40,000 nucleotides of DNA from an uncultured Actinomycetes bacterium (GTDB lineage Bacteria; Actinomycetota; Thermoleophilia; Solirubrobacterales; 70-9), in the NCBI GenBank assembly GCA_963729055.1, contig CAVSMQ010000005.1, positions 89,636 through 129,635 of the forward strand. The letters are read 5' to 3'. Positions 1 to 10,200 of this stretch are shown piece after piece. A program made the position numbers and the translations under genes. Position 1 is the stretch's first letter, and every line of letters begins with the position of its first letter. The notes under the pieces are model-generated. The model saw only the letters and a list, made by a program, of their open reading frames with translations, did no database searches and was not told where the DNA came from.

Positions 1-2
1 GC

Positions 3-428
3 ATCACGCCGAGCGGCACCCCCGCACCCCCCGCCACCGGAACCGGCAAGAAGTCGCCGATCCGCCTCACGTCTTTCCGCGCTCAGGTCAAGCCCGGTGG
101 CGCCAGGGTCAGCTTCGTGCTGAGCTCAGCCGCGAGCTGTTCGGGGGTCCTGAGCGGCAAGACCGCCAAACCCTTCGCCCTCGCCTCGGCCAAACCCAAA
201 CGTCACAAGGTCTCGCTCGGGACCGTCCGCTTCAGCCTGCAGGCGGGGAAGCCGAAGACCGTCGTCCTCCAGCTCTCGAAACCGGCGCAGCAGCTGCTGG
301 CGGCCAAGAGCAAACTGAAGGCCGGCTTCACGGTCACCCTGACCAACAGCGCCAACGCCCGCACCGTCCTGCAGCGCACGGCGACCCTGAAGCTGCCGCC
401 GCCGCGTCGCCACGGCAAGGGTCGCTAG
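3..428 (+). CDS. C-terminal part of a hypothetical protein (5' end outside window)
   Basis: Frame of ORF 117..428 stays open to the window edge. Strong GC3 bias. K/T/L-rich beta-strand-like repeats. No catalytic motif recognised. Confidence 0.5.
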   Translation: MTPSGTPAPPATGTGKKSPIRLTSFRAQVKPGGARVSFVLSSAASCSGVLSGKTAKPFALASAKPKRHKVSLGTVRFSLQAGKPKTVVLQLSKPAQQLLAAKSKLKAGFTVTLTNSANARTVLQRTATLKLPPPRRHGKGR

Positions 429-1246
429 CGCGTGACCGTCACCCGCAGGTAGGTGGCCGGGATCGAGGTTCCTTCGGCGCTGGTGTTCTGCTCGTTGAAG
501 AGCGCCTCGAGCTCGCTCTGCAGATCCCCCTCGTGTCCGTCTTTCGCCGCCGCCGCGAAGGCGTTCATCGTCGGTCCGTAGAAGTCGCGGAAGATCGCCA
601 GCAGCTCCGCAGGTGAGCCGTGGTACTCGAACCGCCAGGTGTCGCGCTGGCAGTTGATCTGATCAGGCGCGATCCCAGCCGCCCCGAAGCGCTCCCGCAC
701 CTCGTCTTCGACGCCCCAGGTAACCGGGCTGACGAACCCCTCCGGGGGCGGCGGCGAGTAGGCGGCGCTGGTCTTCAGGATCTGCGCCACCAGGGTCGGA
801 TCGCCGGGGATCCAGTTGCCCATCACGATCCGCCCGCCGGGCTTCGTCACCCGCACCATCTCTTTGGCGACCTCGAACGGCCGCGGCGCAAACATTGCCC
901 CGAAGTAGCTGACCACCAAATCGAAGCTCTCGTCCTCCAGCTCCTGTAGATCCGACGCATCACCCTCCTGGAAGCTGAGGTTGGAGAGCCCCGCGGCCTC
1001 GGCGCGCGCGTTCCCGGCCGCGACCAGATTGGCGGCGATGTCGACACCCGTCACCTCGGCCCCGCGCTGAGCGGCGGGCAGTGCCGTCGTCCCGTCGCCA
1101 CAGCCCAGATCGAGCACCCGCATCCCCTCCTCGATCCCGAGCTCAGCGACCAGCGCCTCTCCGCTGCCCCTCATCGTCTCGGCGATCTTGGTGAAGTCGC
1201 CCTTCTCCCACAGGTCCTTGTTGGCGTTCACGGCCTCTCCCCTCAA
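425..1246 (-). CDS. class I SAM-dependent methyltransferase
   Basis: Motif I 'VLDLGCGDGT', 'EVTGVDIA', 'FDLVVSYFGAMF', 'KPGGRIVMGNW'. Single long ORF with GC3 bias. Confidence 0.9.
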   Translation of the reverse strand: MRGEAVNANKDLWEKGDFTKIAETMRGSGEALVAELGIEEGMRVLDLGCGDGTTALPAAQRGAEVTGVDIAANLVAAGNARAEAAGLSNLSFQEGDASDLQELEDESFDLVVSYFGAMFAPRPFEVAKEMVRVTKPGGRIVMGNWIPGDPTLVAQILKTSAAYSPPPPEGFVSPVTWGVEDEVRERFGAAGIAPDQINCQRDTWRFEYHGSPAELLAIFRDFYGPTMNAFAAAAKDGHEGDLQSELEALFNEQNTSAEGTSIPATYLRVTVTR

Positions 1247-1338
1247 GCTTTGAATTGTCAGGCCGAGCCGCCCCGCGAGCCTAATGGGCTAGCGCCCGGA
1301 GTGGGTGAGATTCCTCCGCCGCCCGGGCCGCGATCGGC

Positions 1339-1635
1339 TCAGAGATCGACCGCCGTGCGATCGCCGAGCGCGCGGTAGTGCACAGCGGCGCGGCTCGGCA
1401 GGACCAGGGGTCCGGAGCGCACGGCCAGACCCGCCCAGCAGAGCTCGATGACCGCACGGTCGACCCGGTCGAGGTGCTCGAACTCGTCCTCACCGAACTG
1501 CAGTTCCCTCAACAGGTCCGCCTCCTGCAGCTGGGTGGGCCATTGAACCAAGAGGCGATCGAGTACCAGCGCCTGGTCTCGCAGGTCGCCGTCCACCGCA
1601 ATGGCGCCATGCGCTGGGGGGTTCTGGTTCGCCAT
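1339..1635 (-). CDS. small hypothetical protein (98 aa), divergent partner of an XRE regulator
   Basis: Intact 297-nt ORF. A frameshifted paralog in the same arrangement lies at 39195..39490. Confidence 0.6.
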   Translation of the reverse strand: MANQNPPAHGAIAVDGDLRDQALVLDRLLVQWPTQLQEADLLRELQFGEDEFEHLDRVDRAVIELCWAGLAVRSGPLVLPSRAAVHYRALGDRTAVDL

Positions 1636-1719
1636 TAGGAGCCGCGCTCAGCGTACCACCAACCGAATACATGTTTTAGGTTAGGGTACCGCCTGTGCTT
1701 TTCTGGAAACGACCGGTAA

Positions 1720-1953
1720 ATGCGGCGTTCGGAACGACCTCAGGCAGCGCTCGGTAAGGCGGTGCGCGAGCAGCGCATGAAGCGCCAGGCCACCCAGGAG
1801 GAGATCGCCGCCGGCGCCGGAGTCACGCCGCCGACGCTCTCGCTGATCGAGCGCGGACAAGCCAACCCGACCTGGGACACGACCCGCAAGCTCGCCGCCG
1901 CGCTCGGGATCTCGCACAGCGAGCTGGCGAAGCTCGCTGAAACGCACGAGTAG
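1720..1953 (+). CDS. XRE-family helix-turn-helix transcriptional regulator
   Basis: 'ALGKAVREQRMKRQATQEEIAAGAGVTPPTLSLIERGQANPTWDTTRKLAAALG' is a typical Cro/C1 HTH. Confidence 0.85.
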   Translation: MRRSERPQAALGKAVREQRMKRQATQEEIAAGAGVTPPTLSLIERGQANPTWDTTRKLAAALGISHSELAKLAETHE

Positions 1954-1986
1954 CCGCAGCGCGCGATAGCTAAGGCTCGAGGTTCC

Positions 1987-2541
1987 TCACGCGCGAGCAG
2001 GCGGTGCGACCGAGTAGCGCAGTACGGTCGTCTCACCCTCCTGCACGGAGGAGATGGGCTCGAGCTTCACCGCCGCGCCACGACGCTCGAAGAGGCGAAC
2101 GCCGGCCCCTACGAGCACTGGAGCAACGTGCACGATGATTTCGTCCAAGAGCCCGGCCTCGAGGCATTGACGCGCAACGTTCGCGCCGAGAATGACCACG
2201 TTGTCGCCCTCGGCCGCCGACTTGGCAAGTTGCACTGCCTCCTCGATGCCGACGCTGATGAACTGGCCGGTGACACCTTTCACCACCGGTGGCGCTGAGG
2301 GCGGATCATGTCGAAGTACGAAGAACGGCCCGCTGAACGCACCACCGTAAAAGCCCGGCTGCAACCGGTCCTCGACGTCCTGGGTCCGTCGGCCCACCAG
2401 CAGCGCTCCCGTCGACCGCACGATCTCGGTCATCGTCTTGCCGTCTCCACCATCGGTCCCGAGCGCCCAATCCATGTCGTCGTCCGGGCCGGCGACGAAA
2501 CCATCGAGACTCATCATCGTGTGCCAGATCAGCTTGCCCAT
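1987..2541 (-). CDS. dihydrofolate reductase-family protein (RibD C-terminal domain type)
   Basis: 'MGKLIWHTMMSLDGFVAGPDDDMDW', 'LLVGRRT', 'VVILGANVARQCLEAGLLDEIIVHVAPVLVGAGVRLF'. Start taken at the internal MGKL. Confidence 0.8.
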   Translation of the reverse strand: MGKLIWHTMMSLDGFVAGPDDDMDWALGTDGGDGKTMTEIVRSTGALLVGRRTQDVEDRLQPGFYGGAFSGPFFVLRHDPPSAPPVVKGVTGQFISVGIEEAVQLAKSAAEGDNVVILGANVARQCLEAGLLDEIIVHVAPVLVGAGVRLFERRGAAVKLEPISSVQEGETTVLRYSVAPPARA

Positions 2542-2646
2542 GTGCTCACGTCCCCGAACCCCCGTCATCACAGATGGTTACCAAAGAAGAACATCGTAAG
2601 ACCCAAATGCCGCCGTGACCATCCCAGATTTCCGGGGGTAAGGTGG

Positions 2647-3738
2647 TCAGGCGAGGGGGCCGCTGAGGCTCCCGTTGACGAAGTAGTGATCGACGAAGAG
2701 CGTGGCAACAAGCTCGCCGCGGCTTGCCACATCGAGCTTCTCGAAGATGGCCTTCAAGTGATCCTGGACGGTAAAGGCCGACAAGTGAAGTTGATCGGCG
2801 ATCGCGGTGGTCGAGTGGCCTTGCGCGACGAGCTCCGTCACGAGCCGCTCCCTCTGGGTGAGGCCATAGGCGTCGACGATCAGCGCCGCCAGCTCGGGCA
2901 TACGCGCAGCCTCGATCGTAACGGCGGTCCGTTTGCGCGTCCCGTCGAGAAGCACTGATCCTCGCACCAGCGCCCATCGGCCCGATCCGGCCCTGACCCG
3001 TGCAGTGGCGATCACTTCGCTTTGCCCGGAGTCGACGGCGCGCGCGCCGTGGGCGACCGCGGTGATGACGAGGGGCAGCTGTCGCATGTCGCCACCCAGC
3101 TCTTCGAGCCATTCGGCAGCGGCCTCGTTGGCGGTCTCCAGGCAGTCCTCGTCGTCCAGAAGCAACAGGCCGGCCTCAGCGCCGCGAGACGTCGCGTTGG
3201 AGGTCAATCTATGTTGGAGGCTCGTGCGCTGAAACGCCTCGGCTAGGCGACCGGAGAGCGAGGCGAGCAGTTTCACATCGTCGGCGTCGAAGTCGGGGCG
3301 GCCGAGGTCGCGGTGCAAGACGATTATGCCGAACGTACGTGAGCCATCCACACACGCGACCCGGAGTTCGTCCCCGAACCCGTGCGGGCGCATCAGCTCG
3401 CGATACCGAAGGCTTTGATCGAGCTTTCCTTCGGTCGCCTCGCTCATACTGGCGGCCAGTTGGCCTGAGAGCGCAAGATCCCCAAACTTGTTTACGTCAG
3501 GCTCGAGCAGCTCGATGTCCGCCAATCGTAAGCCGGCCTCCCCGCTGATCGAGTTCTCGTACCACTTCCCGGTTGCGAGCGTCGTCGCCGGATCGCAGGC
3601 AACGATGGCCACCCCATCAAACGGAACAGCACGGCCCAGGACACGCGCGGCACGAGGGGCGAACCCGGACAGGTTCAAGCCGGCGTGAGCGAGCCGGGTG
3701 ATCTCGCCGCGAGTGTCACTGGCGGCCGGGGTGGCCAT
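2647..3738 (-). CDS. LuxR-family transcriptional regulator with N-terminal GAF-like sensor region
   Basis: C-terminal 'LTQRERLVTELVAQGHSTTAIADQLHLSAFTVQDHLKAIFEKLDVASRGELV' is a LuxR/FixJ HTH. Confidence 0.85.
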   Translation of the reverse strand: MATPAASDTRGEITRLAHAGLNLSGFAPRAARVLGRAVPFDGVAIVACDPATTLATGKWYENSISGEAGLRLADIELLEPDVNKFGDLALSGQLAASMSEATEGKLDQSLRYRELMRPHGFGDELRVACVDGSRTFGIIVLHRDLGRPDFDADDVKLLASLSGRLAEAFQRTSLQHRLTSNATSRGAEAGLLLLDDEDCLETANEAAAEWLEELGGDMRQLPLVITAVAHGARAVDSGQSEVIATARVRAGSGRWALVRGSVLLDGTRKRTAVTIEAARMPELAALIVDAYGLTQRERLVTELVAQGHSTTAIADQLHLSAFTVQDHLKAIFEKLDVASRGELVATLFVDHYFVNGSLSGPLA

Positions 3739-3832
3739 CCATCAATATTACGCCAGCGTCAGCCCCAGCGCCAACTCCTCCTGCGTTTCGTAAAGGAAAT
3801 GCAGGTGAATCAACAAGGGCGAGGAGCCAGCT

Positions 3833-4074
3833 GTGCCCGGTTACGCCTGTGACGAGTGTGTCTTCAATCCCACACTAATCAACTATGTCAAGGCAAACCC
3901 GTCGCCGAACACTGCAACTGCTGCGACTGGTGAGAGGAGGCAGCGGTGGCCGCCGAGGCCGACGGCCTCGTCGATCTGATCATGGAATCGATCCAGACGG
4001 AGTGGGTGGATCCGACTAGGCCCGAGGGGAGCGCGGGCAACTTCAGCTTGAGCGAGGATTCTGTCGACCGCTAG
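3833..4074 (+). pseudogene. frameshifted remnant of an N-terminal Cys-rich domain (type seen at N-termini of RES/HEPN-associated proteins)
   Basis: Two frames read 'GYACDECVFNPTLINYVKANPSPNT', then 'CNCCDW', then 'VAAEADGLVDLIMESIQTEWVDP'. No intact ORF. Local AT-rich patch. Confidence 0.25.
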
Positions 4075-4136
4075 GGGAACGCGGCAGCGAGCACATCGGC
4101 TACCTGATCTGGACGCAGCGCCGGCAGGGGCTTAGG

Positions 4137-5432
4137 TTGGGGGGTGTGCCAGGGGAGCGGCTGACGATCGCTGCGCTGAGCTCGCGCGAGCGAGTCCTCG
4201 AGGCGATCAAAGAGTACGACCGGCTCGGGCCCCATCAGTTCCGCTCGCTCCACGGCTATCGTCGCGCCCGCCGGTACCGCCTGCGCTACAAAAGCCGCAC
4301 CTACGACGCCAAGGCGATCGCCGGCGTCGCCTGGGGACTGCAGCATTTCAACGACCCCCGCCAGCGTCCAGCTTCCTACACTGGCGGCGCCCACACTTCG
4401 GTGCCGGCCCTCGAGCGGCTGGGATTTACGATCGTGAACGCCGATACTGATTCACCCATAGAGAGCGAGAAGCCACCCGAGCTAGAACCCGGGCGCACCT
4501 ACAGCTGGGAGGAGCTGGGTGAGGTCTTCGACTTCCCGCCCAACTACCTAAGCCGGGCCGGCGGCATGGTGCCCCGCCCCGACCACGACTCTCTGCTGCT
4601 GATTACGCACGACCAGGAAGGACAGGGCTTTAGCTACGGCGATGAATGGGACGGTCCTGACCTCATCTATGCGGGCCGCGGTCGCACCGGGCACCAGGAG
4701 CTAAAGGGCGCCAACCGCTACGTCGCCGAAAACTCTCGGCACCTCTACCTGTTTGAAGCCGCCGGCTCGCGGCAGCTCTACTTCCACGGCCGCGTGCGCT
4801 GCGCCGATCACTGGGAGAGCACCGGCTACGACGTCGTCGGCAACGAACGCCGGCTCCATCAGTTTCGCCTCGCACCACTCGGCCGTCGAAAACGTCGCAC
4901 CCGCCGCAAAATCATCAGCTCCGAGCGTTCCGACCAAGGACGCAGCCCCGAGTCCTTTGTGCCCCGACCGTTTGACCCCAATCGCCGACCAAGCCAACGA
5001 AGGCGATCCGCACCACGCGACCCCGAGAGCCAAAAGGTCCTAGCCGAACAAGCCGATCAAGCCCACCAAAACGCCCTCAGTACCGTCGGTCTCTGGCTGC
5101 AGTCAGCAGGCTGGGTTGAGCTCCAAGAAATCGACGGTGCCATCGACCTCCTGGCAAAGAGCCCCCGCCCCCGCAACACGGTGCTATTTGAGATCAAGAG
5201 CATCACCGATGGCAGCGAGCGCACCCGAGTCCGCAGCGGCCTAGCCCAACTACTCGAATACCGCCTCTTCCTCGGTAGTCCCCGCAACCGCCTCTGCCTG
5301 GTCTCAAACCGACCAATCTCCGAGCGCCGCCTACGTCTCCTCGACTCGCTCGAGATCGCCCACCTCTACGTCGAAGGAGACACCGTGCAGGTGTCAGGCA
5401 CGAAATCCTCCCGAGCATTGTTCCCTCGGTGA
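4137..5432 (+). CDS. candidate modification-dependent (type IV) restriction endonuclease: McrA-type N-terminal head domain + SRA/YDG-like domain + C-terminal PD-(D/E)xK nuclease
   Basis: N-terminus 'AIKEYDRLGPHQF...YKSRTYDAKAIAGVAWG'. Middle 'LLLITHDQEGQGFSYGDEWDGPDLIYAGRGRTGHQELKGANRYVAEN' resembles SRA 'YTGSGG...DQ.L..GN.AL'. C-terminus 'IDLLAK...VLFEIKS...QLLEY'. TTG/GTG start uncertain. Confidence 0.7.
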   Translation: MGGVPGERLTIAALSSRERVLEAIKEYDRLGPHQFRSLHGYRRARRYRLRYKSRTYDAKAIAGVAWGLQHFNDPRQRPASYTGGAHTSVPALERLGFTIVNADTDSPIESEKPPELEPGRTYSWEELGEVFDFPPNYLSRAGGMVPRPDHDSLLLITHDQEGQGFSYGDEWDGPDLIYAGRGRTGHQELKGANRYVAENSRHLYLFEAAGSRQLYFHGRVRCADHWESTGYDVVGNERRLHQFRLAPLGRRKRRTRRKIISSERSDQGRSPESFVPRPFDPNRRPSQRRRSAPRDPESQKVLAEQADQAHQNALSTVGLWLQSAGWVELQEIDGAIDLLAKSPRPRNTVLFEIKSITDGSERTRVRSGLAQLLEYRLFLGSPRNRLCLVSNRPISERRLRLLDSLEIAHLYVEGDTVQVSGTKSSRALFPR

Positions 5433-5445
5433 GAAACGGCAGTGA

Positions 5446-5507
5446 GTTCAATGGCGGGGTCGGCGCCCTCTCGGCCTCATCCCAGAGTGATGCGACCGAG
5501 ATGAGAC
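5446..5507 (+). repeat. copy Y of the island repeat family (degenerate core + tandem 8-mers)
   Basis: 'GATGCGACcgaGATGAGACgca' at 5489-5507 matches copies at 29134, 30264, 32596 and 39896. The tail 'GAGACGCAgaTCGAAC' resembles copy C. It starts 14 nt after the stop of 4137..5432. Confidence 0.6.
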
Positions 5508-5639
5508 GCAGATCGAACCGTCACAGGGTGGCGCGTCTGCCCCGCTCCGGATTAGCCTGTCGACGTGATCAGATTCCTTGGTCGAGCCATTCTCGTTTTC
5601 ATCGGCCAAAGGGTCGGGATCTGGGCCGCCTTTCTCGGG

Positions 5640-5850
5640 GAGTCCTGCTCATCGGCGGCCTGGTCGGCCGCCCCGTAAGCTCAAAAGAGCACTCGAGGAT
5701 CTGGAGAACATCTGGCGCGGGGTCTTCAGCCATGCCGTCAATGACGCGCTCCTGGCGAAGGCCGCAGCGAGCACCCTCACTCATTCGCTCCGCCCCTACG
5801 ACGCTGTCCACCTAGACGGGAAGCCGCCAAGAAGCAGGGCTTTGGGTTAG
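5640..5850 (+). pseudogene. PIN-domain (VapC-like) toxin remnant, truncated and frameshifted
   Basis: 'RALEDLENIWRGVFSHAVNDALLAKAAASTLTHSLRPYDAVHL' is a typical PIN C-terminal half. The upstream part ('GVLLIGGLVGRPVSS') is in another frame. No N-terminal Asp box found. Confidence 0.35.
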
Positions 5851-5940
5851 TCCCGGGAGCATCTCTAGCGCCTTACCAAGCCGTTCTCCACCGGACTGAC
5901 AGGAGGGAAATCCTCGACTTGTTGGACGGACTCCATCCGC

Positions 5941-7119
5941 TCAGCTCGGGAGTTCGACCTGATCGCCCGGGGTCAGGTAGGCGGCGAGGCGTTCGAAGAG
6001 CACCGTGGAGTAGGCCAGTTCGGGGTCGGCGCTGGGAAGGATCGTGGTCACGATCGCCACTGAAAGCTTGCGCTTCGGCAGGTAAGCCATCACCCCGGTG
6101 TAACCGTTCAGCATCGGGTTCTGGATCACCCAGTCGCCGTCGACGAGCTCCCCCAGGCCGTAGTGGAAGTCCGGTTTGGTCCCCGGCAGGCCGGCGCTGG
6201 TGTTGGCGACGCGCTCGCGGGCGGCGGCGGGTGAGATCAGGGCGCCGCTGCCAACCGCCCTCGCGGTCAGCGCTACGTCGCCGATCGTCGCGCTCATCAC
6301 CTGTCCCGCGCCGATCGTCCACGACGGGGTCCAGAAGGTCGCATCCTCATAAAAGCCGCGCTCGGTGGTGTAGGAGTGGAGGGCTGGCCCTGGGAAGGCG
6401 GCGTAGCGGGAGATCTGGGTGTGCCGGAGTCCGAGTGGCTCGAGCACCCGTTCCCGGATCGCCTGCTCCGCCGATTGACCGGTCACCTCCGCGATCACCG
6501 TGCTGAGTACCGAGAGGTTGGTGTGCGCGTAGTGGAAGCAGGTACCGGGTTCGCAGGCCTGGCCCCGGGCGAAGGCGATCTGCAGCAGTTCGTCCGCCGT
6601 CCAGAATCGGAACGGATTTTCGAACAGGGCCTCGACGAAGGACAGGTTGCCCTGGATCCAGTCGAGGTAGCCGGAGGTGTTGTTGGCCAGCATCCGCAAC
6701 GTGATCCGGTCCGCGTTCGGCATCTCCGGCCGGTACTTGGCGAGTTTGTCGTCGAGCGAGAGCTGCCCTTCGTCCTGCAGTTCCAGGAGGACGGTGATCA
6801 TGTGTGGGATCGCCATCGAGCCAATCCGGAAGTACATGTCGGTCCTCGCCGGCGTGCCCTTCATCGAGTTGCCAAGGGCGAATTCGGCCAGTGGTTGCGA
6901 GCCAGTGTCGATGCGGACGATCGCCGCTTTCAACCCCAGTTCGCCCTTCGCTTCTTGGACCAACGTGCGCACGTGCTTGCTTGCCGTGGCCCGGCTGACG
7001 CACCCACCGGCGACGCTCACATTGCCCGCGATGCATGAGCTCGCGTCGGCGCTCGCCGGCACGGCGAGGAGCGACACCAAGACAATTAGGAGGGCAAAGC
7101 GGGGACGAATGACACTCAC
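5941..7119 (-). CDS. secreted serine hydrolase (beta-lactamase / DD-peptidase family)
   Basis: Signal peptide 'MSVIRPRFALLIVLVSLLAVPASADA'. 'FRIGSMAIPHMITVLLELQDEGQLSLDDKLAKY', 'LANNTSGY' and overall beta-lactamase-fold layout. Confidence 0.8.
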   Translation of the reverse strand: MSVIRPRFALLIVLVSLLAVPASADASSCIAGNVSVAGGCVSRATASKHVRTLVQEAKGELGLKAAIVRIDTGSQPLAEFALGNSMKGTPARTDMYFRIGSMAIPHMITVLLELQDEGQLSLDDKLAKYRPEMPNADRITLRMLANNTSGYLDWIQGNLSFVEALFENPFRFWTADELLQIAFARGQACEPGTCFHYAHTNLSVLSTVIAEVTGQSAEQAIRERVLEPLGLRHTQISRYAAFPGPALHSYTTERGFYEDATFWTPSWTIGAGQVMSATIGDVALTARAVGSGALISPAAARERVANTSAGLPGTKPDFHYGLGELVDGDWVIQNPMLNGYTGVMAYLPKRKLSVAIVTTILPSADPELAYSTVLFERLAAYLTPGDQVELPS

Positions 7120-7214
7120 ATCCTAGTTACAAACTGAACATTCGGCTTCGGCCGGCTAGGCGAACGTTCGATTGGCTTCATACCAAGGCAAAACTGCCTT
7201 AAATCGCCGGTACG

Positions 7215-10200
7215 GTGGTCAGAGTCTTGGCTTCCAGGGGTCTCGTCCGTTCGTTTCAAGCTGCTGTCTTCGCGGCTTTGCTCGCTGGCGCGATCATCCT
7301 CGCCGCCCCCGGAACGGCTGCCGGCGCCAAGCCGGCCGGCAAAGGAAAGCAGGGCGCAGGCGATGCCAAGGGCTCGGCGCGGCTGATCGTCTCGCCGCGC
7401 CCCGGGCAGCGGATCCGCGGCGACCGGGTGCGGATCGTCGTCCGCGCCGGTGCCGAGCCCGAGGACCTGAAGGCGAGGCTGAACGGGGAGCGGATTGGCG
7501 GCCGCTTTGGCGCCAACCCGCGGCGCCACCGCCGCCAGCTCGACGCGACGCCGATTGACGGTCTGCGCCGCGGCGGCAACACGCTCACCATCCGCGTCCA
7601 CGACCTCCGCCATGGCGGCTATCGCCGCGCCAGCGTCCGCTTCTTCGTCGCCCACCACCGGCCGCTCGCGTCCGCCGGCCGCGACATCCGCGTCGTCGCC
7701 GGCTCCCGCCTCGAGCTGCACGGGATGCTGAAGCTCGACCGCTCCGACAGCGGCGCGCGCGGCGTCCAGTGGCAGGTCGTCGGAGCCCCGCGCCGCAGCG
7801 CCCTCTCGAACAAGCCCGCCGCGAACGCCGCCGCCCGCGCCGCGGAACGCTCCGCCCTCGGCGAACGCCGCACCCTCACCCCGACCTTCCGCCCCGACGT
7901 CCGCGGCCACTACAAGGTGAAGTTGACCATCGAAAGCGGCAGCGGCAAAAGCGTCGACTGGGCCAACATCTACGCGGTGCCGACGAGCCCACTGATCAAC
8001 CTGCGCACCGAGGTACCAGCGTCGGCGCAGCAACCGCAGCCGGGAGTCTTTGTCGGCGGCGAAGTCATCCCCGCCCCCTTCATGCGCGAAGCCCGCCCGC
8101 CCTACGCGCGCGAAGCGAACCCCACCGGCACCTACGCGGGCAAGGCCGGCAACGTCACCTACGTGGCGATGGCACAGGTCGTCGCCTTCGAACGGACGAC
8201 GCTGGCGTTCAAGTGGAATCGCACCTACGGGATCTGCACCGTCCCGGGCGACTACTACCCCTGTCGGAACGGCCCCAAGGGTGAACCGATCGACGCCGAC
8301 CCGACCAAGGAACTGGCCGAACTCGGGCCCTCGACCCTCGTTGTCGCCGCCTCGCACCCGAGCGGCGCGACCCCTGGCCTCGCCTGGGGAAGCCCGGCCG
8401 ATTTCGGGTTCTTCAGCGCGTTCCTGGGCGGGATCGGGATGCCGACGCCCGAAACTTCGCCCACATCCGCTGCCGAACTCGCCGCAGCCAAGCCGGGCGA
8501 AATGTCGGGCGTCGGCGTGCCGGGCCTCGACCCCGGGGACGCCAAGTACATCCTCGGCGGCGGCCAGACCGGGATGGTCGGCTACCTCACCCCCGACAGT
8601 CACACCCCGAAATTCTTCTTCTTCATCCCACGCCAGCGGGAACCCTTCGACACCCGTGCTGCCACCTCGTGCAACGCCAACGGCTGCACCGTCGCCCAGA
8701 AGGTGGGTGCGAACGAAGTCACCGCGACCGTAGCCGCCGGCAAAGGCGGCTTCCTCGTCAGCGGCTTCGACCGCCGCACCCTGGCGCCGATCGAACACGC
8801 CCTCTTCACCACCGCCGGCGGCCAGCCCGAAAGCGGCGAAAACTCCACTGGCGAGTTTGGACCGAGAGAAATGTCCCGCAAGGTCGAAGCGCTGGCCAAG
8901 CAAGGAGCGCTCGTCGTCGTCACCTCGGTCCACGGCCAGTCGCCAGGGGTCCTCTTCACCCCCGGCGCCTCGAAAACCCCCTGGAACGCCCTGATCGCGG
9001 CGATCGTCTCGATCGGCGGCACCCGCGAAGGGCTGAACACGGCGGCGACCAGCGCCGGCGGTGATTACAGCCTGGTCGGCTGGTCCGGCCTCGGCGAAGG
9101 CGCCGGGGACGAGCAATCGGTGGCGGGAGCACGCCTCCGCGGCGTCCTCGTGCCCGGTGATCAGTCGGTCTTCGAACCGCAGGCGGTGCTGAGCGGCGCC
9201 AGCATGGATGAGCCCGAACTGCTGATCCAGACGCTGCTGCGCGAACCGAGCCAGGCGTGGTGGGGCGACGGCAACCGCGAAGCCGAAGCGGCGATCGTCG
9301 CGATCGGCGCCCAGTCGTCCCTGCTCGGCTACGACCCGCGGCCCGCCTACTGGACCCAGCTGACCACGCCGCTAGTCGCAAGCACCGCACTCGAACAAGT
9401 GAAGGGAGCCAAATTCCCTGCCGCACTCGGCGAACCCAAGTTCACCGAAGCGGTCTTCAACAAGGCCAAGGAAGAACTGGCCCATGAGGTTGAAGGGGTC
9501 AAAAAAGTGCGCACCTACATGGAAGAGCTGGCGACGCCGGCGCGGCACTCGGGAACGATCGCTTGGGAGGAAGCCACCAAGCTCTCGGCTGAACTCGAAG
9601 AACGGATCAAAGCCCTCAAAGAACAGGGCGAGGTGAGTGCCGAATGGCTGGCAATCATTGAGGGGGTGCTGGAAGGAGTCAGCACCCTCCTCGAGCTGAA
9701 ACCAATCAAGAGTTTTATGGATCTGACCCACTACGTAGCGTTGGCGGCGGTCGCTGCCGAGTTGGGCCAGACGATCTGGAACGCCAATTACCAGGGCACC
9801 TCGAAGGAACCCAGCATCCAGGTCGAGGCCCTCCGACTCGGCTCCGAGCTCCAGGCCCAGGCCGAAGCCAACATCAACACCTTCCACCGAATGGGCGACA
9901 TCATCGTCAGCGACCCCACCAAGCTGGCGGAAATCAAATGGGGTGGTTGCAACCCAACCGACGACGGCTGCCCAGCCAAGTTCGAAGAACTCGGCTTCAA
10001 CGAAGAATTGGAAAAGTTCGCGGACCTGACGATGAAGCGCGCTTTCCAGCGCGAAATCTACGAACGACTCCTCCCCCTCGCCTACCCCATCCTCGACCTC
10101 GGCCTGACCAAACGCAAAGAAACCATCTTTCCGGCAAACGCCGCCCCCTGCACCGACTTCTCCGAGCCACTCAAAGGCGCCCCCGCCCTCTCCTACCACA

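Noticed and set aside
7116-9116. 666-aa ORF on the minus strand
   Set aside because: It lies antisense to the 1100-aa secreted-protein gene. Its composition is low-complexity G/A/R/D-rich, typical of shadow ORFs in high-GC DNA, and it has no motifs.
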